Source: the human T2T-CHM13v2.0 reference genome, Homo sapiens. Taken from it: a stretch of DNA of 64,000 bases. The notes under the pieces are model-generated. The model was not told where the DNA came from. It was given only the letters and a program-made list of their open reading frames with translations, and searched no databases. The position numbers were made by a program, and so were the translations under genes. The stretch lies in assembly GCF_009914755.1 (NCBI RefSeq), contig NC_060930.1. One strand, given 5' to 3'. Below, piece after piece: positions 43,697 through 59,076 of this stretch. The number at the start of each line of letters is the position of its first letter. The first letter of the stretch is position 1.

Positions 43697-43830
43697 GTAG
43701 AGCATATCTAATCCAAAAAACCAAACTGCTCCAATGAGCATTCCCTTTGAAAGTCACGTGGGTGCTCAAAAAGTTTCAGATTTTGGAGCATTTTGGATTT
43801 CAGATTTTCAGATTAGGGTTACTCAACCTG
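43697..43830 (+). mobile_element. Tigger4a (MER46/Zombi) partial
   Basis: tgctccaatgagcatt...ctcaaaaagtttcagattttggagcatt...ctcaacctg|TA. Confidence 0.85.
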
Positions 43831-44772
43831 TATAAGTTTTTTTAAAAAATGTATTCCTGATAGGTATATTAAACTTTCTTGGAAAGGTTTTCTCTACAGG
43901 GGTTTCTATAGGTCCACATGTCCCCAGTGTGAAAAACGATATGCATTTGGATAGAATCTATAGATACCAACAGAATCTATAGATTTTGCTAGGGAAATAA
44001 CATTTTCAAGTTTATATTACGGTTATCTTTAAGGATCACAGGTCTTGAATTTTTCTCTTTGATTTATACATATCAAAACAAAGAAAAATTAAATACTGGA
44101 AAAAGAAGATATTAATAAGAAAGCTGAAAGTCCCCTCAAAATAATGGCTCAAGGAGGGCTTAATTGGTAAGGAATGTTTCAGTCTGTGGAACAATTAAAA
44201 TAATAAGTTATAACAGGATGTTCCTTAAGCTACAAATTATAAAGGGCATAACTTACATCCCCAAACCATGTTATGTTACTGAACAGGTATACTTCTTTTG
44301 TCATATGAATATACTGGACCCATCTCTCCCTACCCCAGGGTGGGGCAAAGGGAAATTAACTATTTGCAAAAAAATTTAGGTATTTTCCCCCAGGGGAAGA
44401 AAAGATATCCACTGGGGGACATTGTTTAAGTTTCCTCTTAGTAGCAGCTCCTAATTACCTGTGGTTGGAAAAGAAGAGAAGCCTTAGTTGTCACAAAAGG
44501 ACAGACAATTAAGCATCCTCTCACATCCCTCATTCCTTTATGTCATACAACTAATAAATGGATAGGATGAGCTTCATGTGAAAACTACATGGAGTTAACA
44601 CTCAACAAACAATGGGGAAAAAGTGTAAACATTTGTCAATGTCATGTTTCTCTGGTTCTCTTTTTCTTTTTACTTAAGATACTATTCCACAAGATCCTAT
44701 CAATTTTCATACACCATTATACATATATACTTACCAGTACTGGTAGTCCCCTACATGTGAACATGGCATTTA

Positions 44773-46247
<1,475 letters not shown>

Positions 46248-46946
46248 AAGGTGAGAGACTTTATCCTTTTCTTAGGTCATGTGTCCTTTTGAGAAGATGA
46301 TGAAAGCTACACCTTTTCCCCAGAAAAATGCACATTAGGACATACACATATACTTGATAATTTGTGGACCCCAAAAGTTTTAGGGATCCCTCTTCAGATA
46401 CAAAGAAAGAATCCTATATTTAGATTTGCACACTGTAAAGTTAAACCCATCTGCCTTTTAGAGGAACACTTAAAAACTGTGATGTTCATCATCAGCATGA
46501 TGATAGGATAGGAGTAGAGGGAATAGGGCCCGTACATAGAGTAGCACAAGTAACTGAGGACACTGGGAACACCAGGACCTGCCCGATTCATGGATAGGAA
46601 GGGAGATGAAAGGAGAAACAGTCACAAATTTATGTACTTTTCTTTCCAACTGACTTTGGACAAGACAGTGCAGACGCTGGTTCTAAAATGAAATGAAAAC
46701 CAGAAGTCTCTGTGAGTTGAGACTCAGGTGTTCACATGCACCTGTGTCTAAGGGAACATGCTTATCTGTGCAGAGGAAATGGATTGAGAATGTTTGGTGG
46801 TTAGAGGGAGATGAAAGGTAGAGTCCCAAACATCACCTAAGAGTTTGGAAAAATGGAAGATGGAGGAGATGAAAGACTGTGTGAACCAAGAGATCCCACA
46901 AGCCATTCGGTCACAGGTGGCTTGGGCAATTGTACCTATATGGCAA

Positions 46947-46970
46947 TGTGTGTGTGTGTGTGTGTGTGTG
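46947..46970. repeat. (TG)12
   Basis: Direct reading. Confidence 0.97.
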
Positions 46971-47520
<550 letters not shown>

Positions 47521-47539
47521 ATGATTTACAAGTGCCAAT

Positions 47540-47750
47540 AGTTTCATTTATTGTTCACAATCCTAACTAATATGGGGCTTCATGCGATAACCCCAAGGTA
47601 AGTACTGTTATCACCATTTTACAGGGTTTGAGAAAAACAAGACTCAGAGGTTAGGTAACGGTGCCTAGTTACACAGCTGATGACAGTAACAGCCTGAAGC
47701 CAATGCAGAGCCCTCCAATTCCACAACTGATGCCCTTGATCACTCCACTA
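47540..47750 (-). mobile_element. MIR
   Basis: ggtaagtactgttatcaccattttacag...gactcagaggttaggtaac. Confidence 0.65.
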
Positions 47751-47781
47751 CTTATCTCTCCAGACAGAGAAAGAGCTAAGA

Positions 47782-47908
47782 CAGGGGTCAACAAGCCTAA
47801 TCTATAAAGTGTCAGACAGGAAATACTTTAGGCTTCCGGGCCACAAGTATGTTGTACATTCTTCTCTGTGTTTTGTTTTTACAAACCTTTTACAGTTTTA
47901 AAAAACCC
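47782..47908 (+). mobile_element. MER58-like hAT-Charlie fragment
   Basis: caggggtcaacaa...ctataaagtgtcagacaggaaatactttaggcttccgggcca. Confidence 0.7.
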
Positions 47909-47913
47909 TGAAT

Positions 47914-48215
47914 GGCCAGGTGCAGTGGCTCACAGCTGTAATCCCAGGACTTTGGGAGGCCTAGGCAGGAGGATTGCTTGAGTCCAGGAGTTCCAGACCA
48001 GCCTGGCCGACATAGGGAGCTCTCATCTCTACAAAAATTAAAATGAGCTGGGCATGGTGGCACATGCCTATAGTCCTAGCTATTCAGGAGGCTGAAGCGG
48101 GAGAACTGCTTGAGCCTGGGAGGTCAAGCTGGCAGTGAGCCATGATCACACTACTGCACTCTAGCCTGGGTGACAGAGAGAGACCCTTTCTCAAAAACAA
48201 ACAAACAAACAAAAA
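47914..48215 (+). mobile_element. AluJ
   Basis: ggaggattgcttgagtccaggagtt...gaggtcaagctggcagtgagccatgatc; (CAAA)n tail. Confidence 0.92.
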
Positions 48216-48219
48216 CAGT

Positions 48220-48450
48220 TGAGTGGACTTTTGAGTCAGACAGACCTGTATTCTAGTTCAGACTCCAGCACTTCCTAGTTGTGTGATTCTGAGCAAGTTA
48301 CTTAACCTCTTTGAGTTTCAATTTAGTCATATATAAAGGAAATTGTAGTAGCTGCCTTTATCATCTGATTATTGTGAGGATTAAAATTAAATTATCTATA
48401 CAAAGTACCTGGCACATAGCAAGTGTTCAATAAATACTGGCAATTATTAT
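48220..48450 (+). mobile_element. MIR
   Basis: gagtcagacagacctg...gagcaagttacttaacctct...cctggcacatagcaagtgttcaataaat. Confidence 0.85.
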
Positions 48451-49519
48451 AAACAATTATCCCAATAAAAATTTCAAATTCTACAGTTTTCGTTGGCATC
48501 CCAGGCCAGGAAAACTGTTGCTCACAGTCTCAACATTGATTCTTCAAATGGAATTTTCCTTCTCAATTCCTTCTTTATGGAACATACTAATATTTGACTT
48601 GTTTTTTAATTAATCTCTTAACATCTAAGTGCGTCTGTACACTTATGGAGGATCTGTCTCGCTGTTGCATAGAATTGCCCTAAGTTTAGTAAACATCTTT
48701 TCACTGATCTTGAATCACTTTGAAAGTAACTCTAAATAAATCAAATTCTTTTCAGGTTTTGTAGTAATGTTAGACATACTATCGTCCTCTAAACGTAGGA
48801 ATGCTGACGTAGCAAAGTGTTGTACTTGTGGTTACACTAAGTGCATCTACCTGAATCCCAAAGGGATTTGAATGGGAAAAAGCAAACTTCTAACAGCTTC
48901 TTAAAAATCAGGTGTTTCAACATCTGCTTTGATTTATGAGTAATCCCATATTCCAGGTCTTAATTATTTCTCTAATTTTTTATTTTAAGAAGAGAAAAAG
49001 CTCATCTATTACAAAGCAGAATAAAAATATTTTTGTCACTGTCAGATAATGTAAGATTATTTGAAGAAAAATCTTTTACAGTATAACCATTAGTAGATTT
49101 TAAAGCAGAGCCTCTAATTTCCAAATCATTGGGAAGATGCACAGAAAAAGACGGAAAAAAAATACATCCACATGTCAACAGGAGTTTTCCAAGAATCTTA
49201 TTATTGTGATTACCCTCATTGCAATGTAAATTTTATGTTTTACAAACTTTCTAAACATAATCACATGCTCCTTTTGAGAAAAGAAAAATAAAGAATAATA
49301 TTATTTCCAAAGTAGAACTAAAAACCTGAAATGTTTCCCTTAATTCTCTTCCATGTTGAAACAGTTTGCCACATGTATTTATTTTAATTGACACTAATTC
49401 AGTAGCCAGAGAAGCAGAACAGTGACCAGTCACTATGAAGCTTCGGGCAACAGACCCCTGGAGGTCTGTTCCCTCATGAAAAGCACTCACTTCCTCTCCA
49501 GTTCTTATATTCTTATCAC

Positions 49520-49715
49520 AGGGCCAGGAGGTGGCCTGGAGTCAGAGGGGCCTGAAAGCTGCTCCACCATTTGCTAGCTGTGTATATTTCTTGCTAGTTA
49601 CTTCACCCTGGGGTTTAGGTATTACCTTGTGTAAAATGGGGTAAATACCTCCCTTAAGAGAACACCCTCATGGCTTCCACATGGTAAGTGCTCCACTCAT
49701 GATGGTGGTTGTCAT
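49520..49715 (+). mobile_element. MIR
   Basis: gctccaccatttgctagctgtgt...tgtaaaatggggta...catggtaagtgctc. Confidence 0.6.
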
Positions 49716-51944
49716 TTCTCTTACTAACTAAATATTATAATGCTGGAAATGGAAATTTTTTCAGATTTTCCCTTCCACTCCTGTCTCATTAATCTTATTT
49801 ATCATTTATTTTACCCTAGTTATTTATCCAATTTTTATGCCCAGATGGCTTTTTTTATATATTGCACATGTCAAACTTAAGTTACGCAATGATCAGACCA
49901 CAGCATGACAACTTTCATCGCACTCATCCTTCCAGAACAGAGAGAATAGACAGATCCACCATGGTTTGCTCACATGCAGCTCTCAGATAAGGCTCCAGAT
50001 GAAGCCATTAAGTTCCCATCACAAATTTTCTCTTCTCCTCTACTCACTGGAACATCTGGAGTAGGAAGGGAGGATCACAGTCTGGGTGTGAGGCTGCAGA
50101 ATAAGGAAAGATTCCTCCTGTGAATTCAGAGGGCCACAGGCAGCCATGGCTTCATGGACCAGAGCCTGGCATTCACAGAGGTAGTAGTATTTGCCACTAG
50201 ATTCCAAACCAAGAACTAGAAAATGCTGAGATGCCTTTTTGTGCATTTTTCACCAACAGCCAAGTTAGATTTATAGATTTTTTATGTAGCAGGGGTCCAA
50301 TTTTGACTTTAAAATTAAATACACCAGGGCTTGTCAAGGAATCTACCAAAAGCCATTTTAAAAGTGTAATTCATCCATTTGCAACAATAGATCCAGCTCA
50401 TGGCTTTTGTACCAAGGAGCAGCAAATGAAGAATCTCTTAGGAAGTGCTCTGTGTGTGCACACACAAACGCATACACATGCTACATAATTTCCTAAAGTG
50501 GTATACACACATAGACATCCCACACAGAATTATTCCCTGGCCAGATAAGTATACTACATTCCTTTCTTTGTGATTCGTAATAAAATACTAAAGGCTCTTA
50601 CAAGTTCAAAAGTAACCTGAATTAGAAACACTCTTTTGTTGGCACAGTCATTAAAGGCCTGCACTAGGAGTGCCTTGTGGAACCCCAGTATGGGAAACAT
50701 AACTGCAAAGCATAAGTAGTGGAGTGGCACACAGAGCACCGGCAGGAAGATGCTTCCAGGATGAATGTGGCATTCCTGCAGAGGACTGGTTTGTGAGCAC
50801 ATCAGATACCCCTGGGAAATGTCCAAAATTTGGGGAGCGATATTTTGTAGGGGCTGATGGGTCCTGAATCAATGGGTTATAACAAAGACCAAGGTAGTTT
50901 TAAATTATAAGTACAATAATAATTACACTTAGTTTGATATGCTTACTCTAAGCAGAGCTCTCCTCTCAGGAATTCAGACTGCACTCTTATAATTGATATG
51001 AATAGAGTGCACAGAATACTGATTTTTTTTTTCCCAGCAAAGTAACTTTCTTTTTCCAGGAAAATAAGGCAGCCATACAATGCATCATGATATATGGCTG
51101 AGCTGAAAGCAAAACTGAGGTTGCCAGACCAGCAGTCTGCAAGTCTAAGCTTCCTCTTGTTAACTAAAATAGACTCTACAATAATAAAAGAAAACCACAG
51201 TCATGGATAGCTAACTCCCTACCTTTTAATTATTCATGCTAATGCCTTGCATGTGTAGAGTTTATACTTTACAAATGCTAATCAGGCCCAAGGACTACAT
51301 GAATAATGGAAACCCAGAAATAATTACCAAATCTAATCTTAAGCAAAGTTTTCAATACATGCTCTCCTCAGAAATCTTCCCCAAATGGTGCCTTCTCCCT
51401 TTCCCTCCTTTATTCTGAAAGAAGGCGGCCAACTTAACTTTTTATGTACTTTGCTTTTTCTCTGCCCACCTAATAGTATTGATGCTGAATGACCAAAAGG
51501 AAGTGAAGCAAGAAGAAGAGAAAACCAAAGGCTCAGGTCTGTCAACTCGATGTGGTTCCAAAAGAAGAATCTGTCCAAACAAGGATTTCTGAGGGGGAAA
51601 AAAAAAGGGGGGTGGGGGAAGAAGAATCTGAAACCTGGCTCTAACCCTGACCCGCCATGTCAATGGAGATGATAATTGCCCTTCCCACAGATCCGCACAG
51701 TGCTGGTACCATCTGTTTCCTCCCCCAGTGACTCGGCATACCTTAGGAAAACAATTAGCTTTATACCAGATTACTGATGCAGCAATTTCTCTTGCCTTCC
51801 CCTAAGGGGAAAAAAACCACCTAAACAGTGCTGTCCTTTCCATTATTTAAAAAAATCTACATTAACCAATGTTTAATTTTGCTAATTAAAACTAAATACC
51901 ATTTTATAGCCATCCAATTCTCAAAAATCAAAGTGTCTTACTAA

Positions 51945-52840
<896 letters not shown>

Positions 52841-52890
52841 CATTTCCCATAAATATATCTTTTAATATAAAATATTTACCTTTAAAAAAA

Positions 52891-53176
52891 TTTTTTAGAC
52901 ATAGTCTCGCTCTGTTGCCCAAGCTGGAGTGCAGTGGCACAATCTCGGCCCAATGCAACCTCTGCCTCCCAGGTTCAAGCGATTCTTGTGCCCAGCCTCC
53001 CAAGGAGCTGGGATTACAGGCATGTGCCACAACGCCTGGCTAATTTTTGTATTTTTAGAAGAGATGAGGTTTTGCCATGTTGGCCAGTCTGGTCTCAAAA
53101 TACTGACCTCAGGTGATCCTCCCACCTTGGCTTCCCAAAGTGCTGGGATTACAGGCATGAGCCACCATGCCCAGCC
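52891..53176 (-). mobile_element. AluSx-like
   Basis: Alu body ending catgcccagcc. Confidence 0.9.
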
Positions 53177-53448
53177 AAAATATTTAAAATGTGTTTAAAA
53201 GGTCTGGGTCCTGGGGTCCATGAGTATTTATTATGTTGGCCCTCTGCTTCTTTTGTTTTTTAAAATAATTTTGCAAACATTGTAACTCCCTTTTTTAGGG
53301 CCAAACAGACGATAAAATAAAAGACTGAGAAAGGCATATAATCTTACAACAAGGTATAAGGTGAAATAAGCTGAGTTCGCAAGCCATAAAATAGTATCTT
53401 CCTGAACACTGTTTTAAGAACTCAATTGTATATTACATTTCCATGTAA

Positions 53449-53504
<56 letters not shown>
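53449..53504. repeat. (TG)10(TA)18 compound microsatellite
   Basis: Direct reading. Confidence 0.97.
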
Positions 53505-53507
<3 letters not shown>

Positions 53508-53780
53508 AAATTACAGAAATTGGCTGCAAGGGTACATATTCTCCCCCTCGGGAGGGAGATAGGGAGAGGAAGGGAGAGAGAGATGAACATTAGCCATAAT
53601 GTCCTAATTTTAGTGTCCCCATTTTTGTGTGTCTGATGTAAAAGTACTGTTTGCCTCACAATGCTATTATAAAAGTGGTTGTCAAGGATAATAAGTTCCA
53701 ATAAAAATATTTGCTATAGCTAGACAATCGCTAGGCATCTGAGATTATTTTCAAGTTATAAAAAGTCAGAAGTAAAAGAA

Positions 53781-53982
53781 AAATGATGAGAACACAGGGA
53801 CACATCGAAAGGAACAGCAGACACTGGGGCCTACCGGAGGACAAGAGGATCCAGAAACATATGAGTACCAGACTTAATACCTGGGTGATGAAATAATCTG
53901 TACAACACCCGTGACACAAGTTTACCTCTATAGCAAATCTGCACATGTACCCCTGAACTTAAAAGTTTGAAAAAAATAAAAA
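53781..53982 (+). mobile_element. Old L1PA 3' end fragment
   Basis: aaatgatgagaacacagggacacat...cttaatacctgggtgatgaaataatctgtacaaca...gcacatgtacccctgaacttaaaa. Confidence 0.88.
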
Positions 53983-54904
53983 TCTAATAATTTATATATA
54001 GGACTTATTACTGGCAAGTAGCAAAAATAAGGAATTTTAAATGTAGTTCATGTAACCACAGTATCTTTTCCACTGTGGGAAAAACAACCATTAGACATTG
54101 CCTGTGAAGTGTATGTTGATATAATCTTTTCCTTCAGAAAACCTTTATAAACATGCTGATGTAACAAAACCAAAGTGATTGGTAAAGAAGATTTAATAAT
54201 GTATTTAAGCCTTGAGAAATTTCTTTGTTGTTTGTCAAATCAACAACAAAAAAATCTGTGTTTTTAATTGAATGTAATGTTAAAGAAAATTCTTGAGTAA
54301 ATGCCAATTTATGTTTTCCTAGAAAACCTTTTCTTAACAGCCTCATCTCAATTCAACACATCTTGCCACTGATATACTGTATAATATAACAATATCAAAT
54401 AGGGAGAATTGAATATACATAAGATGACTGTGGTAATCAAAGAAAACTTGTAACAAGTTAATCCCTACCTAAAGACATGCATAATCATTACTGTGGATGG
54501 TATTAGGTTTCACTGAGAACGAAGAGGTCACTAAATAGCTGGAACTAATAATACTTTACACAAACCACACTTGAAAGTCACCTGTAGGGAAGGGAAGAGA
54601 AATGTGGGGAGGGAAGGGCATTGGTAGGAGTTTTTAGAGGACACAATCCACAGTTTTAGATAATTCAGGATATTTTAAGGTTTATAAGCTTTGGGAAATT
54701 TCTGGAAACAATAAAAGATTATTTATCAGGGGGCATCTGCTCTTCCAGCCTCAGTACTGGGAGTTGGCCCAGGTTGATACTGGAACTGGTCCAGCCTAGG
54801 CAGGTCAACAGACTCCTTTTCACTGGAAAGGTTTCCTTCACTGACGTGCAAGAACACTGGATAAATTCCTTTCACCTCCAAAAAGGAATGAAGCTTGAGG
54901 CGGG

Positions 54905-55332
54905 TGTTAAAGCAAACTAAATATGGCCTGAAGACTTCGTTCTATATTTGAGTCCTTGTGGACAAACCGTAACCTAGCTTAATAGGCAGACAAAATTGAA
55001 AACCTAACTAGTAATATGCACCTGTAACAATAGCTGAGTGTTGGCCAATCCCAGCGGCCATACTTCAATCACTCATAGACTGCTGAGTGTTCAAACTGCA
55101 TTCAAATAAGGCAAACACCAAGCTGTAACCAATCGCACTGTTTCTGAACCTCACTTCCAATTCCTGTAAATCACTTTACCCCTTTTGTCCATAAACTTGT
55201 TCTGACCACGAGGCACCCCGGAGTCTCCAAATCTGCTGTGATTCTGGACGCTGCCTGATTCGTGAATCGTTTCTGTTTTTTTGCTCAATTAAACTCCACT
55301 GAATTTAACTTTTCTGGAGTTTTCTTTTAACA
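54905..55332 (+). mobile_element. MER57-family solo LTR (ERV1)
   Basis: TGTTAAA...TTTAACA termini; tgttaaagcaaactaaatatggcctga; ttcaaataaggcaaac..gctgtaaccaatc; ATTAAA; near-TSD cggg/gggg. Confidence 0.88.
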
Positions 55333-55849
55333 GGGGCTATAAGAAAAGTAATCCCTGCTCCCCAGAAAAGTGGGGGAAGGCAGCGTTTTGAGCTGAAATG
55401 TACTTAAGCGGGGGTCAATCTCAATGGAGGGCTTAAAGGATACCTCATGTGAATTTAATGAGTCTTCACATCCCACAGTTCCCTCTCTGGACTCCTGGAG
55501 GCCAAGCAGAAGATCCAGAAAACAAGAGAGAAGGACGGGAAGGGGGGTAGTAACCTGCCTAAAGTCAGAATTACTGATTTCAATTTTCTCATAGACCAGA
55601 AACAAATTTCTTTTAACTTGTTTCAAGTCTTCCAAAATTTAGACATCCTTCCAGGAGAAGATTCTCAAAAAAAAAAAAAAAAAGAAAAAACAAATTTTAT
55701 TTTTTAAAGAATTCTTTTCTTTTTAAATTTAAGAGAAGACATTTAAAAAAACACAAAATTTAGACATCTTAGCAGAAATGTTGGTTTCTTAAAACTACTA
55801 AGATAAAGCTGTTGAACTAAGAAAGCTTTCCAAATATTAATAACATTCG

Positions 55850-56090
55850 TTACCATTTACAGGCTGCTTGATTAGTGCCTGATTAGGCACAGTTACAAGC
55901 ATGTTTTAGATATTATTCTACCTAATCTTTAATAACCCTATGAGATAGGTGTCACTACTAGCCCTGATTTATGGATAAAGCAAGTGAGGCACAGAAATTG
56001 TAAGTACTTTGCCTGAAGCATATGTTTAGGAGGAGGCAAAAATGGGCTCTGGACTGGCTCCAGGGTCCAAGTTTTAACTCCTACACCGTA
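55850..56090 (-). mobile_element. MIR
   Basis: aataaccctatgagataggt...gtgaggcacagaaattgtaagtactttgcc. Confidence 0.7.
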
Positions 56091-56234
56091 TGGCCTCCAA
56101 GACACCACAACACACTGCAAGCTCCCTCAATTCTACAAATTCTTTGACACACATTCCAATTTAAAATTTCAGAGCTACTCCTAGTACATTAAAACCTAAC
56201 TTGCCCAATTTGCCTGTTAGAAAGTTGGTTTTCA

Positions 56235-56535
56235 GGCTGGGTGCAGTGGTGAACGCCTGTAATGCCAGCACTTTGGGAGGCTGAGGTGGGTGAATCGCTT
56301 CAGCTCAGGAGTTTGAGACCAGCCTGGGCAACATGGTGAAACTCCATCTTTGCAAAGACACGAAAATTAGCGGGGCATGGTGGCGCATGCCTGTACTCTC
56401 AGCTACATGGGAGGCTGAGGTGGGAGGATCGCTTGAGCCTGGGGAAGTGGAGGCTGCAGTAAGCCAAGATCACACGACTGCTCTCCAACCTGGGCAACAG
56501 AGTGAGACACTGTCTCAAAAAAAAAAGAAAGAAAA
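56235..56535 (+). mobile_element. AluJb-like
   Basis: Dimeric Alu; TSD agaaa(g/at)ttggttttca. Confidence 0.92.
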
Positions 56536-57607
56536 GAAAATTTGGTTTTCATCAGAGACCACAGTAACAAAGATTTGTCACATCATTATGAGTCCTGAAG
56601 CATCGCTGTGATTCTCAGAAGAGATCTTCATCAGCATCAGGATAAAGAAATTAATTTTTTTATCAAATGTTAACTTAACAGAGATCAAGCATTCTGAATT
56701 TGGACACCAATACTTTTTGTGAGCCTAACTGTCCCAAGCTTTGTGTTGATATACCTGCTATGACTTCATACAGGGATGCCTGCTTCTCTTCAGTCAACTT
56801 CTAAGTCTCATAAACTGTAAGTTTCAGGGTCCCAATAAAAGAAAAGATAATGCTAAATGCCATAGACTGGTCCAGGATGAACCATCAGTCAAAACCCAGG
56901 ATGGTTTTCCTTTTTTTGTTTTAATGTTCACACTAAAATATCACAGTAAAGTTTGAAGATAAAATACACTAAAGAGAAACTGAAATAGGAAATTTACCTA
57001 CTCATTAAAGTGTATCTAATCTTGGAAGAAACCAAATCCGGGATGCTGGGAATGACTACATAGGTTTCACTACAAATGATTATGACAGTAAGTGTCAGAA
57101 GAATGGAATTCAAGAAACACCATTTAATACCATTTAAGTCCTGAATTAAAGCTCTGCTTTCTAAACACATCACCTGAAATAGTAATGGACTCATTCTTTA
57201 ACTCTGTTCTCCTAAAGTAAAAAGATATAGACCAGTAATTATATTAACTCTCTCATGAAGCATCTGTAGTTATAATGGCTCACAATAAATAACCAAGAAA
57301 TCCTCAGATGGGGCTGGAGCATTCAATTTGCTCCTCTTGATAATGCTTCACCAAAAAACTATGTCACTAGCCACATGACTGCAATTACCTTTGACACTCA
57401 GGATTTAGTGAAATCCAGTGTCAGTGGCCAACAGTCCTTTTTAAACATTAACCTCTTCCTTCTTCAAAATCATATCAAATGAAAACAGAAGTTCCTCATT
57501 CTTCTCTTTCCTGTTGAACTTTAAATTAGAATAATACAGGCTATATGTCTTTCCACCTATTTTCTCCCTCTAGTCAAGAGAGTAAATTATGATGTAGAAG
57601 CTACTTA

Positions 57608-58046
<439 letters not shown>

Positions 58047-58097
58047 TGGAAGCTAATTTAAAACATCCTCAATATTCATAGCAAATATTAGATGTTA

Positions 58098-58383
<286 letters not shown>

Positions 58384-58773
58384 ATACAGTAGACAAAATG
58401 GGGTGAGCATCTCTGTGATGTGATTTGACAACCGGCTAGCAGCAAATTGGGCTCAGCTGATGGTGAGAGGATAAGAAAGTAGAAACGACCCACACAGCTG
58501 GTTTTTAGGAGTCTCACAGTAACACTCCACAGACCTAAAGAAACAGGAGGCTATGAGGGGACACTCCAGCCTGCAAGGAAGGCCCAGGCATCATTGCAAG
58601 TGCATCTTTGAAATGGTTACCCGTGAGTTCCGGGCTTGACAAAACACCAGTGAGTGGGAAGGAGGACTCATAACTGTGAGAACACAGGGGGTTCAGAAGC
58701 CTGGGGGTGGTGGAGAGGATGAAGGTTCAGAAGGTGTGAGGCTTTTCTTCAGGTAGGAGGATGAGCTCACACA

Positions 58774-59076
58774 CGGCAGTCCACCCTCATCGCTGGTTTT
58801 GCTTTCTGCATTCTGAGTTACCTGCAGTCAACTACAGTCTGAAAATAGGTGAGTACAACACAGTAAGATATTTTGGGAGCGACCATACTCATATAACTTT
58901 TATTATGGTATATTGCTATATTTTATTATTGTTATTAATCTCTGTGTCTAATTTATAAATTAAACTGTATCACAGGTATGTATAGAAAAAACATAGTATA
59001 TACATATAGGGGTTGGTACCATCTGAAGTTTCAGGCATCGACTGAGGCTCCTAGAAGGACAAGCGGAAGACTACTG
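58774..59076 (+). mobile_element. MER44A
   Basis: gtctgaaaataggtgagtacaacacagtaagatatttt...gactactg; homologous to 12488-12818. Confidence 0.88.

Noticed and set aside
50040-50872. Cluster of 68-90 aa ORFs in repeat-free DNA
   Set aside because: No family resemblance and no consistent exon structure.
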